A DNA stretch of 64,000 nt from Squalus acanthias. Its lineage: Eukaryota. The notes under the pieces were generated by a model that did no database searches, was not told where the DNA came from, and worked only from the letters and a program-made list of their open reading frames with translations. The position numbers were made by a program, and so were the translations under genes. Positions 12,865 through 24,617 of this stretch are shown one piece after another. The DNA lies in the NCBI GenBank assembly GCA_030390025.1, contig CM059435.1:25854001-25918000 (forward strand). The letters are read 5' to 3'. Numbering within the stretch: position 1 is the first letter of the stretch; every line of letters starts with the position of its first letter.

Positions 12865-13942
12865 ATTCTACCCCACATCCCTATCCTTGCATCCATTTTG
12901 CTTGCCATATCACAGCGCAAAGCTGAATGAGAGACACCACAAAATCAGCAAAATTCTATTAATAAATTTATCAACATTCAGTAAACACATCTATACAACA
13001 ATAATATGAACTAATCACTCTTGTGCAAACCCTTACTTCCTCTCTTTACAGTGCCTTTTCCTAATCTTCTGCTCCTACGTAGTGTCTCCCCAGTGGCTGC
13101 AGCAGGGCTGGTGGAAGGCTGCTGAGTGTCGGTGCCAGAGACCACAGATGGCCTTGCAGGACGCCCTCGACCAGCTCTGAGCCTGGAAGGCCTGGCTGTA
13201 CACTGCACCACCTCAGGCTGGGCGGCGGCAGTCTGGGCTGGCTGGATGACAGGTAGCGACAAGGGCAATGGCGGAGTGGCAGTGGTGGGAGCAGGAATGC
13301 TGTCATCCTGAGAGGACAGCAGCTTCCTGCTCGACTGACACACTGCCACTCCCCTGGGGCAGCACCTCAGCATCCCTAGCAATCTGCTGGAGCACAGATT
13401 GGTGGCCTGCTGCGACACTGTGAGATCCCCGGTGGATTGTGTTGGACCCAGCGACAATGGCAACAGTCAGAGCTTGCATGGCATCCAGCTGTCTGAGACT
13501 CGATGGCAGCAACCATTGACTGCATTACAGCACTAAGACATTGCATGGCTTCCGCCTGTGCTGCAATGGATGCTGCCACATTGCCCATGACACGCGGCAT
13601 GAGATCTGGGTCCCCACGGTCTCTCGGGAAGTCCACTATCCTTTGCAGACTGCCAAGGATGGGCTCCACAGTGTGTGCAGAGCTCTGTGCAATGTTGGAG
13701 GCGGACTCCTCCACGCTCCTTACCATTGCCGACAGGCTATCGGGCACCCTTACCATTGATCCTATGATCTCCTTGTGCGTGCCCATCACCCTTCTTGTAA
13801 ACGCCTCCCCATCGAGGTCCTCATCTGAGTCCTGTGCAGCAGAACTCGCCCTCCCGTGCTCCCCTTTCCCCCTGGCCTTGCTGCAGCCCGCTCATCCCCA
13901 GTGCATCACCCAGTGCAGACCCTCTACTAAACTCCCACATGA

Positions 13943-14044
13943 CAACAGTGACTCCACTTCAAAAGTACTTCATTGGCTATAAAGCGCTTTGAGACGTCCG
14001 GTGGTCGTGAAAGGCGCTATATAAATGCAAGTCTTTCTTTCTTT
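13943..14044 (+). mobile_element. DeuSINE (SacSINE1-like) 3' end
   Basis: CTTCAAAAGTACTTCATTGGC...GGCGCTATATAAATGCAAGT(CTTT)n, an L2-type tail. Confidence 0.7.
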
Positions 14045-14113
14045 CTAAAGATCGCGTAGTCCCAGTATCTGAGGTGGTGCCTGCGGGTGAGACATGCAGT
14101 GACGCAGTGCTTT

Positions 14114-14192
14114 CGTAGAATCATAGAATTATATAGCACAGAAGGAGGCCATTCGGCCCATCGTGCCTGTGCCGGCTCTTTGAAAGAGCTAT
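14114..14192 (-). mobile_element. CR1 3' tail fragment
   Basis: TAGAATCATAGAAT...GGAGGCCATTCGGCCCATCG. Confidence 0.7.
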
Positions 14193-14769
14193 CTGTTGGC
14201 ATATGGACCTCGGTTAATTCAGCTTCCGAAAGGTGTTCATGTTTCATTCATTCAATATGGGGAAAAGTGGTTGGCATCATTAGAGAGAGAGAGAGAGAGA
14301 GAGAGAGATACTGACTTCACTTCGCAACAGTCAGTGTTGAAGACTGAAGTAGGGCTTTGGGGTGTTTATAGTATTGCCAGACTGTAAATATCCCACCACA
14401 CACCATTGCAATTTTTGCAAGAGGATGTTGAAGTACAAGCCGATGGAAGGACGGTACATTGAATGGAAACACCGAATGTTGATGTACAAGAAATGTAAAC
14501 TTGTGTGCATCGGCTGAAGGACGGTGCTTTTGACCGGAGACTACCAAATACCCAGTTTGATAAAGGGAATAATGTATAATTATAAGCTGTTTCCTTTGTT
14601 CAAGCAGCACGAGAAGGGACGCATGCCTACATTTGCGTGCTCTATCTGTGACTATACTCCGCTTGTAAATTGCTTTTTATGCTGCAGTTAAAGAATAAAA
14701 TGATTCTAACCAGAAGACTGAATTCGTTACTACTCAAGTGAACAACAGAATGTTGTTTTGCGACCGCAC

Positions 14770-14832
14770 AAGAGACAGAGTGGGAGCGGGAGAAGGACGG
14801 GGAGAGACTGTTGGAGATGGACGGGGAGGGAT

Positions 14833-14884
<52 letters not shown>

Positions 14885-15470
14885 CGGGGGGGAGACAGAG
14901 AGAGAGCGACAGACTGGAGGTGGGGGGCGGGGGAGACAGATGGTGGATGACATAGAGAGAGACCAACAGGAGGGAGGGAGACAGACAGACAGACAGAGAG
15001 AGAAAGAGAGAGACAGACCAACAGGAGGGAGACAGACAGAGAGAGACAGACGGACGGTGGGGGAGACAGCGAGGGAGTCAGACGGAGAGACAACCGGGGA
15101 AGGGAGACAGAGACAGAGAGAGAGAAAGAGGGAGCGAGAGAGACAGAGACAGACGGGCAGACAGATGAGAAGACAGAGCAAGAGAGACAGTGGTGGGGGA
15201 GACAGACAGGGGTGAAAAACGGGGGATACAGGTGTGGGGAGACACATAGAGAGACACGCATGGTGGAGACAGAGATTGAGACAGACGGCAGGGAGACAGA
15301 TGGGGTGAGCCAGAGAGTGATGGGCAGATGCGTAGGAGAAAGAGAGAGAGTGAGACAGACTGGAAAACAGAAGGGGGAAGCCTGATGGGGAAGACAGAGA
15401 GAGAGAGAGACAGATGGGGGAGAGACAGAGGGAGAGTGACAGACTGTGGAGACAGAGGGAGAGAGAGATG
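14770..15470. repeat. Purine-rich (GA)n/(GACA)n compound microsatellite
   Basis: Long (GA)n run near 14839-14879 and degenerate GAGAC/GACA units over about 700 bp. Confidence 0.9.
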
Positions 15471-17879
15471 GGAATTCTTCCTCCTCCTCTTCTCCAGCCT
15501 CACGCTCACTGGGAGGCTCAGGGACAGGCTGGTCATCTGGTTGCTGATGACCTGAAAACATAAAGGCACAAGACTCGCGTTGTGAGGGCAGGAAGGGAGC
15601 AAGGCATGCAGACAGTATAATGAGCTGGAAAGTGGGAAAGGCTTGTGCTGTGAGGGGGAAGTGGAATAAGAGAATGAGAGGGGATGAACATACCATTGTT
15701 GTCCCCAAGGGGGTCGACATCGCCGACGGCCACGGTGCCCACCACCTGGTGCCCAATGACTGTCTACACTCGCTCCTCCAGGTCCGTAAGCTGTTGGATG
15801 TCCGCTTCAACCCCGCCTGTTCGTTGCTGCTCCCTCCTATGGTGGGCCAGCTTGGCCTGCAAGAGAAAGGAAAGTGTGTGAGTGAGTGTGCAGCTATGTG
15901 TTTGGGAGATGTGCCTGCCATAGTTGAATAGCTGTGATTGTAAGCAAAGCATGAGATGTGGATGTGAGTTTGAGTGGGTGGAGATGCTTGGTGGGTGAGT
16001 GATGGGGGTGTGGTGGTTTGCACAGTGTGTACAGACTGAAGTTCAGATGCTGGTATGTAGGACTTGTTGAAGCATGTACTCACCCTGACCACCCGAGTGA
16101 GGTCGTTGAATTTTTTACAGCACTGTGAGGGTCCTGTGCCACTTCCCTCCACATTGCCCTGAAGCCACGGGGCAATGGCCTCCTGCCAGTGGCCGGGAAC
16201 AGCACTGCCCTCCTTCTTTCGACTGCCGCGACCAATGCCTCCAATGCCTGGTCGCTGAAAAGGCGAACTCTCTCCCTGGGACTGGAATCAGCCATGAGGA
16301 TAAGAGGTGTAGCTGTTGAGTTGCTTGGAGGTCACCTTCAGAGCCAGCAATGTTGAGAATGAGGTTGTGCTGAATCGTCAACCTCCCCTTTAAGAGCTGG
16401 AGGGAGCCAGTGTGAATGATGAGTCCCGATTGGACTGCACCTGAAATTGGTTATAGCTCTGCGGGTAGCGCCCCGCTCTCTGTGAGTAGCGCCCTAAGTT
16501 AGGTGATTAGCGCTTGATTTAGCGCTCCAGTTCTTTCTTGGAGCGCTAACAATCAATTTAGCGGGAGGTCAGAAGGATTAGCACCTGGCGCTAATTCTCC
16601 AACTTTTTAAAATTTAGCAGGGCAATATCGAATTTCTAGCCCATGGTATCCATGCACTTATTAAATGTGGATAATACAAAACAGCGACATCATTGGGTGG
16701 CCAAATCTCTAAACATGATACAGAAGTCCATCTTTTTAATAAATGTCACCAGGCATATCTCAAGCTCCAGATGTATATTTTTTTCTCTATAAGCTTAAAG
16801 TTTTTATGTATTTAAGGAATGCTCATAACCAGATTTTGGGCTGAGTTCCCAACTCAGCATGAAGCATAACTGATCCTTGGTGTTAACAGATCTCTTCCAT
16901 AGGTTGTCACTAAAACTAACCTCTTCAATATTCATACGCATGCTGCAAGAACAACAGACAGCTAGTAGCTGTGCTGTGTGTGTAAGTGCACATGCATTGA
17001 GATGGACTGAACCTTCAGGCTGGGCACTATTTTCTCTCCTTACAATTCATAGCGATATGGTAGACATAAACATAAAGTGGGGAATGCTGCCCTGCATTCA
17101 TGTCTTTTTTTTTTCTAAAAACGCGAGAGAATTAAATGTATGCCGTAGACTTCCATGACTCGACTTCTCCATCACCATTCCAAAAATGGTACAAATTACA
17201 AATGAGAATTGGTAATTTTACAAGATTCACTGCAGGCAGGGATTCTCGCCCATTGGTGGCACAAATCATAAATTCAAGCATATCATTTTCTGACCATTAG
17301 TGGTTGAGAAATCGTGAGCACCTCTCTCCCAAATTTCCAATTTGTGCTGATGGCGGGCAAGGCTCGTAAAATTACCTCACTAGTGTAAACTCGAGAAGGC
17401 CTGAAATGATTAAGTGGATAAATCCAAGAGAACTGTCAGCAGCATGACATGTGACTGGAACAATGTTATGATTGAAGTCTTGGTAAAGGACAAGACAGTA
17501 CTTCTTCTGTACCAACATGCCATTTTCATCGAGACCATATATGTAGAGTAAATATTTTGTTTCCATGCAACCAACTATTGCTGTACAGTAAGGAAAGTAT
17601 ATTCTGCGATGATAGCATGGTTTTCCATTGGAATAGTAACACATTCGCTAACCGTCCAAGTTTCAGGTGGATGATCAGGTTGGGGCTTGTCCCTGTTCGT
17701 GCATGAAAATCAGCACTGTGTGCTGCTCTGTCCCCTCATCCCCACCTGAAGCTGCTACAGCAAACCAAAACTCTGTTACATGCTATGGTTGGGAACTTTT
17801 GATTTTGCAGTAGTTTTGTGAGATCAGGAATTCATGGCCACCGTCATAATGGGGTATATATCCACTGGAGCAGCAGAAT

Positions 17880-18360
17880 CAGGTACAGGTGAGGGGAGAA
17901 TTGGGAAATGCAATACTAGTGTGAACTGGATGGGATGAAAGAGGGAGATTCCAAAAAGAATACGATTGTGAACTGGGAAGACAAAGGGGTATACCCATGT
18001 GAATTAGTGGGCGGGGGGAGGAGAAGAAGTAGAGTGCCAGCGTGAATAGGGGAGATGCGGGAGAAGTAGTACGCCAGTGGGAATTGGGGGTAAGGGGGAA
18101 AAGAGTGCCAGCGTGAACTGGGGATTTGTTTTTGCAATATGAAGAGTTCCTTCCCATGGCTTGTGTCAGAATTTTGATATCTGCAGAAACCATCAGGTTT
18201 GGGTGAAGGGAGAATTGGGAAAGAACAATGCCAACATGAAGTGGGTGGGGGAGAGAATTTAAGAAGATGTGGGGGGCCAGAATTTGAATTGTCTGTGAAC
18301 TGTGGGAAGTGGCAGTGTGAACTGTGGGAAGTGGCAGTGTGAATTAGGGGAACGGGAGTG
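17880..18360. repeat. Degenerate G-rich minisatellite (GTGAACTGGG core)
   Basis: Recurring GTGAA(C/T)TGG units and an exact 22-bp tandem GTGAACTGTGGGAAGTGGCAGT near 18295-18340. Confidence 0.65.
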
Positions 18361-19099
18361 CCTCTTTGTCATTGTGACAACCATAGACACAACTTAAAAC
18401 AATTTAGTACATTTAGCAGCATAGACTACAAGTACATATCTACAATAGCCCACAATTTCTCCCCAAGAAATGAGGGAAAATCACCAAAGTTTCTGCCACA
18501 GTCTTCCACTACGCAACTGATGGAATGTCAGGTGTACCTGCAGCTTAAGGTATAATGAGTCAAGCCCCACTGCATTTTCAGTGTAGCTGCATGCCATAGG
18601 CCTGTTTTTGAGTTGTAAATCTTTTGGGGCCATCAGCTTTTGCTAATTTTCTAAGTTGACCTGTATGAACTCAGAAGTTAATGCACAGAGTCCCGAGGAG
18701 TGACTCGATCAAACGACCCCGAGGGATGTATCAATGTTTGAAGGAGTCCCCACACAAATGTTTGAAACCACTATTAGAAATCAAGTGGAGAGCTGATGAA
18801 ACTCTCCCCAATAATGTAGGCAGAGTGTAATTGTGCTCAAATCTATGGCTGTCTAGTTAAGCTATGGAGGCTGAATTTCTGTGGGGGATCTCCTACTTTT
18901 CTCGAGTTTCCATGGCTCTTCTATCAAAGTTACAGAGCGAGCGGTAGATTCCCTGCCGAAACTCACCCCCTCTGTATTTTGTCACAGTCTATAAATGTTT
19001 GTTTCCACATCTGACTTGCAATAAGTATGATAGATGACTTGATAATGCACTATTTAAAATAAATTATTGTCTGACGAGCTTTTTCCCATTTTTCTTAAG

Positions 19100-19171
19100 C
19101 TACCTTTACAAAAATGAAATCCAGACAATTCAGAAACAAGCTTTTAAAGGATTGGTTTCCTTGGAACAGCT
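19100..19171 (+). CDS. PXDNL: PXDNL-like coding exon, LRR (exon 4 equivalent)
   Basis: ttaag|C...CT|gtaagt, 72 bp; YLYKNEIQTIQKQAFKGLVSLEQL. Confidence 0.93.
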
Positions 19172-19821
19172 GTAAGTTTAATAATTATCTTTCTATGTAA
19201 TGATAAATATATTTTTTTTTAAATGTGTGCATTTCTTAATGTATTTAAAATGAACATAATAACCGATTGCCAATTTTAATTGAATTGTGTGACCATCAGT
19301 GTGCGATTCAGTCTGCTCACTCTTAGCATAGACACGCTGTAGTGCTGCAGCAAGATGGTTTATCCAGGTATGGTGGTGTTAAAAGTTCTTCATTCATTAT
19401 GAAGTAAACTAGCTGATCTCCCATGGCATTGCTCTGGGGCTTGAAGCATGGTTGTGATGTTCAGCTGTTAACCTGGCCTATTCCTTTCAATGGCCTTGCC
19501 CTGTGGGCAAGTGTCTGAGTAGAGGCAGCCAGGTAATTGCAGCTGTTTCCTGAATTCCTGAGGTCAATTAGCTGGCTGTAAATTTCAGGCTCCAGGTCAA
19601 TGACTGGCTTTCTTTTTCTTAAAAGCATTATTTTGTCTCTGTAATAAAATGTGACACTTTGGAAGTGTGACTGCTGGAGTTTGACAATTGCAACCCAGAT
19701 GAGTCAAAAACTTAATGAAGAACCAAGAATAAAGATGCTTGTCCTAAAGTTTCAATTAGTTGTTTTATGCTAACTTTCTGAAGTGGTTATATTTTGGGGG
19801 GAAAAAACACCAACTGGTGTC

Positions 19822-20215
19822 ACCCTGGCCCAGTAATAGCACTCCCTCCTCTGAATCAGAAGGTTGTGGGTTCAAGCTCCACTCCAGGTACTTGAGCACA
19901 AAATCATCAGTGCAGTGCTGAGGGAGTGCTACATTGTAGGAGGTGCCATGTTTCAAATGAGACGTTAAATCAAGTCCCGTCTACCTGTTCAGGTGAATGT
20001 AATAGATCTCATGGCACTGTTCTAATGATAGCAGGGGAGTTCTCCTGGTACCCTGGCCAACATTTGTCCCTTGGTCAACACCACCAAAAATAGATTAACT
20101 GGTCATTTTTCTCACTGCTTTATTGGACCTTGCTGTGCACAAATTGGCTGCCATGTGACTGCACTGCAAAAATATTTTATTGGCCAAGAGCTCTTTTTGG
20201 GATGTGAAAGGCCCA
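19822..20215 (+). mobile_element. DeuSINE (SacSINE1-like) tRNA-derived SINE
   Basis: B-box GGGTTCAAGC, then CAGTGCAGTGCTGAGGGAGTGCT...GAGACGTTAAA and GGGGAGTTCTCCTGG...CCTGGCCAACATT. Confidence 0.75.
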
Positions 20216-20229
20216 TTCATTCTTCATTC

Positions 20230-21072
20230 TAACTGCTCAGGATTATGAAGATTAAATAGTGAAAGTTTCTTTTCTCTGGTTGTCCAATCGGAATGAGAAG
20301 ACATGGGTTTACCACATTCTGTGTACAGTTCTGGTCACCACATTACAGGAACGATGTGATTGCACCAGAGGGGGTGCAGAGGAGATTTACGAGGATGTTG
20401 CCTGGGCTGGGGAATTTTAGCTATGAGGATAGATTGGATAGGCTGGGGTTGTTTTCTTTGGAGACCTAATTGAGGTGTATAAAATTATGAGGGGCCTTGA
20501 TAGATCGGATAGGAAGGACCTATTTCCCTTAGCAGAAGGGTCAATAACCAGGGGGCATAGATTTAAAGAAATTGGTCGGAGGTTTAGAGGGGATTTGAGG
20601 TGAAATCTTTTCACCCAGAGGGTGGTGGGGGTCTGGAACTCACTGCCTGAAAGGGTGGTAGAGGCAGAGACCCTCATCACATTTAAAAAGTACTTGGATA
20701 TGCACTTGAAGTGCCATAATTACGGACCAAGTGCTGGAAAGTGGGATTAGGGTGGATAGCTCTTTGTCGGCCGGCACGGACAAGATGGGCCGAATGGCCT
20801 GCTTCTGTGCTGTAAATTTCTCTGATTTACCACCAGAAGAATAAAAGGGGAGAATTTTTTCTCACAGTGTCATTAAAATGTGGAAACTTTACCCAAAGTG
20901 GCTGTTGAGAGAGAGACTATAACATCATTTGAAAGGTAATTGGATAAATATTTCAAAAGGAAGATTATAAAAGGATATGGGGCAAGGGCAGGGGAATGGG
21001 ATTAGATTAGTTAGCTCCAGTTGAAGAGCTAGCCGAATGGCCACCTCCTGTGCTGTAATTTCTATATAATTT
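20230..21072 (+). mobile_element. Nested CR1 3' fragments (younger copy at about 20310-20828 inside an older one)
   Basis: VQFWSPHY/GVQRRFTR-type RT C-terminus; two CR1 tails ending GCTGTAAATTTCT and GCTGTAATTTCTAT. Confidence 0.8.
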
Positions 21073-21089
21073 TCTTTTTCCCCCAACAG

Positions 21090-21161
21090 GTACCTTCACT
21101 TCAATAATATAGAAGTGTTAGAATCTGAAACTTTTAGTGACCTTCCTAAACTTGAAAGATT
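21090..21161 (+). CDS. PXDNL: PXDNL-like coding exon, LRR (exon 5 equivalent)
   Basis: aacag|G...TT|gtaagt, 72 bp; YLHFNNIEVLESETFSDLPKLERL. Confidence 0.93.
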
Positions 21162-21661
21162 GTAAGTAAAACCTTTTGGTACAAATAATTTTTGCCAAGT
21201 ATTTTTATTTTCAAAACTGATCATTTTTAATCAGCACAGTGCAAACAGCTTTATTTAAAATTTCTGATATCCCTCTGCCTTTGATCTAACACATTAGGCC
21301 TTGAAATTACACTGTGGGATACCAATGTGCAAATACTTAACACATTCATTTAAAAATCCTCTCTTTGCTATTTTATTGGAAGCATTAACCTGTTTAAAAT
21401 ATATGTCTTAATGCCTTTGGCAAAATAGTGGACAGAGGAATTTCTGACAAATATGTTTGTACACTGGCAGCCACACGTAATTGTTTGATTTTTATTTAAG
21501 AGGGCTATTGAGAATCTTCTACAGAACATTGCAACTGCATGGAACAGGATCTGATTTTCAATTCTTCTGAGCTGAACACATATACAGTTATTGCCTTTTT
21601 AGTGTATCTCAAATTTACTGGTGCTATTTTTAAAAAATTAATGTTCTTTTTAATTTTGTAG

Positions 21662-21733
21662 ATTCTTGCATAACAATAGACTATCAAGAATACATCCAGG
21701 GACTTTCTATCAGCTTGAATCATTGAAAAGACT
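21662..21733 (+). CDS. PXDNL: PXDNL-like coding exon, LRR (exon 6 equivalent)
   Basis: tgtag|A...CT|gtaagt, 72 bp; FLHNNRLSRIHPGTFYQLESLKRL. Confidence 0.93.
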
Positions 21734-22333
21734 GTAAGTAACAAAATCTGTTTGTGGAGCTATCCTGAATTTATGAGTGTGTTTGTATTCCAAGACAGTT
21801 TCTACTTGCACTGGTTTGCTATGTGCCGTGGTTGAGGTACTTTGGGATCTGCCCTCCTTGAATTGCAGCCCAACTTTCAGAATAGCAGTGGCAATGGAGA
21901 AACATGTGCAGCTTATTTGAAAATTGTGATTGAAGACTTCTACCAAGCCATTCAAAAACAGCACAGCTGACCTGTGTGGGTGCGGTAAGAATGCAGCCCA
22001 CCTTCAGTCCAAAGCAATTGTAGCTAGGGTGACGCTAAAGTGAAGTCATTGGCAGCCGGTAAATAGAGTCACTGCTGACATGATGGGCAAATAGCCTCTT
22101 GTTCCCTTCTGTTGGTGGTTTAGCTCACACTCAAAGGGGACGGGGAGAGCGATTTTGGGGAAACTTCATTTGTGCAGATATATGAGGAAAAGATTGTTAT
22201 TTCACCCCCCCCCCCCACCCCAAAAAAAAACCCCCACTGTATTAATGGAGATAAGGGGTAGATGCCCTGCCATGTTTTTGATTGCTGGTTTTGCACTGCT
22301 GCTGGTCAACCCAGATTGTAATATAAGCATGGA

Positions 22334-22493
22334 GGGGTAGGCTGTCTGCAGGGGTTCTCCCGCTGTAACTTCGGCTGAGGATCGGCGGAAATCCCAGAGA
22401 AACGGCATGAACACAGTTTCTCCCGGATTTCCGCCAATCTCCTGCCAAAGTTATGGCGGAAGATCGGGAAAACCCCTTTCGGAGATTCTACCC
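22334..22493. mobile_element. Short palindromic Harbinger-type MITE
   Basis: Ends GGGGTAG... / ...GATTCTACCC; internal inverted arms GGCGGAAATCC / GGATTTCCGCC. Confidence 0.6.
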
Positions 22494-23554
22494 TATCGGT
22501 ATTATCTGCAGAAAGGTGAAACCTGAAAGTACGGAGCTGCTTTTGAAAGTGGCTCCGTGCTATACGCGGGTACTAAAGATTCGGCTCGGCCCTCTGCGGT
22601 GATCTAAAGTGGTACGGCTGAGTGTTCCAGAATCCACTGAAATTCCAGGCGATGGTCCATTGCTACCATAATATCGGCATTTATTTTCACTGGAACTTGG
22701 AAAAGCAGTTGGCTTCACGCCAGCCACTTAAAGGGCTTTTATATTTCTCTTTTTAAGTCTGATTCCAGGAGCCTGGCATCCATGAACCATTTCCTGGTGT
22801 TTATGCTTTTAAATCCAGCTTCTGTGGACCAGTGGCAGACTTGTAGGCTCAGTTTTACCTGGGTTTACAAGTCTGCCACCGTTTCAGGTATTTCCTGTGG
22901 CCAGCCTCAGCAAAACCAATGAGTTTACTTTGGTAAACTGCCATGCGACCTGTCTGTCAGGAGCCAGCAGCACTAACACTGCAGTACTGTAATACAAAAG
23001 CAGCACAAGTGGCGTAGAAACCTCTTCATGGGAACACAACCATTGTCATTCTCTTTGTTTAATCATTTCCACCAAGAAAACACTATTCTCAGTTAACTCA
23101 ATTGACACTAATATGTTCACTAAGTGCCCCAAAATTGAAGTAATTAATCTGCCTTTAGCAGCAGGTTTAGATTTGATGCTGGGACCAAATAAATATTTCC
23201 TACTGCGCTCCTTTGGGAATCAAACTATTATCTGTCACTGACAGTAGGGCTTGTAAATTCTACTCCGACAGTCATGCTGGCTAATGATCACAGCTCATCT
23301 GTTCGGGAGAAACTAATTGTTCATCAACAATCACAGAGAATTACAAAACTTGGTTAACTATGTGTAAATGAAAAATTGCAAACTGATTTGGAACATTTGT
23401 AAATGGCTGTAAACCTTAATTCATGCCATCTATTTCCAAGACAATCTCTAATACCTAATAGGAGGTGGGAGGTGATCTGATGATACATCTCTGGTTTGCT
23501 AATTTAAACCTTGGGAATTGACACCATTCTGAATAAGTGGAATCATTTTTTTCC

Positions 23555-24125
23555 TTTACTTTGCCACTTTAATTCTCCCCTCCACTCCCACTCTGATCTC
23601 TCCGTCCTCGGCCTCTTACATTGTTCCAACAAAGCTCAACGTAAGCTCGAGGAACAGCACCTCATCTTTCTAGTAAGCACTTTACAGCCTTCTGGACTTA
23701 ACATCGAGTTCAACAATTTCAGACTATAAATTGGCCCCTGTATTTCTTTATATATTTTTTTCTCTTGTTTCCTCCCATGGTAGCTGTTAATGTTGCTGCC
23801 ATCATCATGCACACATCATCTAGAGCCATCTTTTGTTTCTGAACTTGTCCCATTACCTCTTCTTTTGCCTTGCACTATCATCCCTTTTGTCAGTCAATCT
23901 CTCCTGCCTTCCATCCTATCACAGACCTTCCCTTTGTTCTTTCCTCCCCTCCTCCCTGCCCCTGCTTAAAAATCTCTCCTCCCGAACCTTTTCCAGTCCT
24001 GACGAAGGGTTCGACCTGAAACGTTGACACTGTTTCTCTCTCCTCGATGCTGCCTGACCTGCTGAGAGTTTCCAGCACTTTCTGTTGTTATTTCAGATTT
24101 CCAGCATCCGCAGCATTTTGCTGTT
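23555..24125 (+). mobile_element. Penelope-like element 3' fragment (GIY-YIG C-terminus plus pLTR)
   Basis: CHFNSPLHSHSDLSVLGLLHC...RKLEEQHLIF...LQPSGLNIEF*, then a pLTR with hammerhead and GATGCTGCCTGACCTGCTGAG. Confidence 0.85.
23996..24028 (+). ncRNA. Minimal type I hammerhead ribozyme
   Basis: GTC-CTGACGA-A-GGGT tcg ACCT-GAA-ACGT-T-GAC. Confidence 0.78.
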
Positions 24126-24617
24126 GAATCATTTCGGAGGGTTTTATTTGAAACTCAGTTTTCTAAATGAATAGCTCCCACAGAATAAGCACTGGTGATG
24201 AATTTATGTGGCCATTGCTAGCCCTCCTGTTTGTGTCCAGACAATTCCATGTGCTTTCACAAGATCTACCTGGAATGTGGCTGCTCTGCACATGGTTCTA
24301 AAATGCAGCTGAATAAATGTTTTCTACTGAAAATAATGCATGTTCCAATATGGTGTTGGATGTACAGATTTTGTTTCAATGCTTTCTTTTCCACTTTTCG
24401 AGCATGACCTTATGAGGGGTCATAGCTAAGATAGGTCCTGACAGAAGCCAGATGACAGGCTAACATGGCCATCATATTCTCCAATCATCTAAATAGGGCA
24501 AGCACCAATAGGATGGAGAAACTGAATGTTCGGAGCCACATTGTGAACGTGGCTCTGATTATAAAGTAGCACAAGTAGAATAAGAATATCGTTATAACAT
24601 GATCATTGGTAATCATC

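Larger units (their letters stand above)
13011..16295 (-). pseudogene. Harbinger Myb/SANT-like DNA-binding gene (intron-containing, disrupted)
   Basis: Exon 1 16295-16084 (FSDQALEALVAAVERRRAVLFP...W.EVA...CCKKFNDLTR, donor gtgagt). Exon 2 15856-15694 (AKLAHHRREQQRTGG, donor gtatgt). Exon 3 starts at 15551. Terminal coding part about 13940-13011. Contains stops, frameshifts and insertions. Confidence 0.82.
11339..16642. mobile_element. Full-length (defective) PIF/Harbinger DNA transposon with two convergent genes
   Basis: TIRs GGGGGAGAAATTCG / CGAATTTCTAGCCC; TSD ATG (11336-38 and 16643-45); transposase on +, Myb/SANT gene on -. Confidence 0.92.

Noticed and set aside
14734-16152. 472-aa minus-strand ORF and overlapping S/L/P-rich or ER-repeat ORFs
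   Set aside because: Read-through of Myb gene introns and the GA microsatellite; low complexity, not a real protein
11790-16295. Domesticated HARBI1/NAIF1 host gene pair
   Set aside because: Flanked by TIRs and a TSD, frameshifted, with a sister copy at 49-51 kb; it is a transposon
18295-18345. CRISPR-like repeat array
   Set aside because: Head-to-tail minisatellite without unique spacers, in a vertebrate intron
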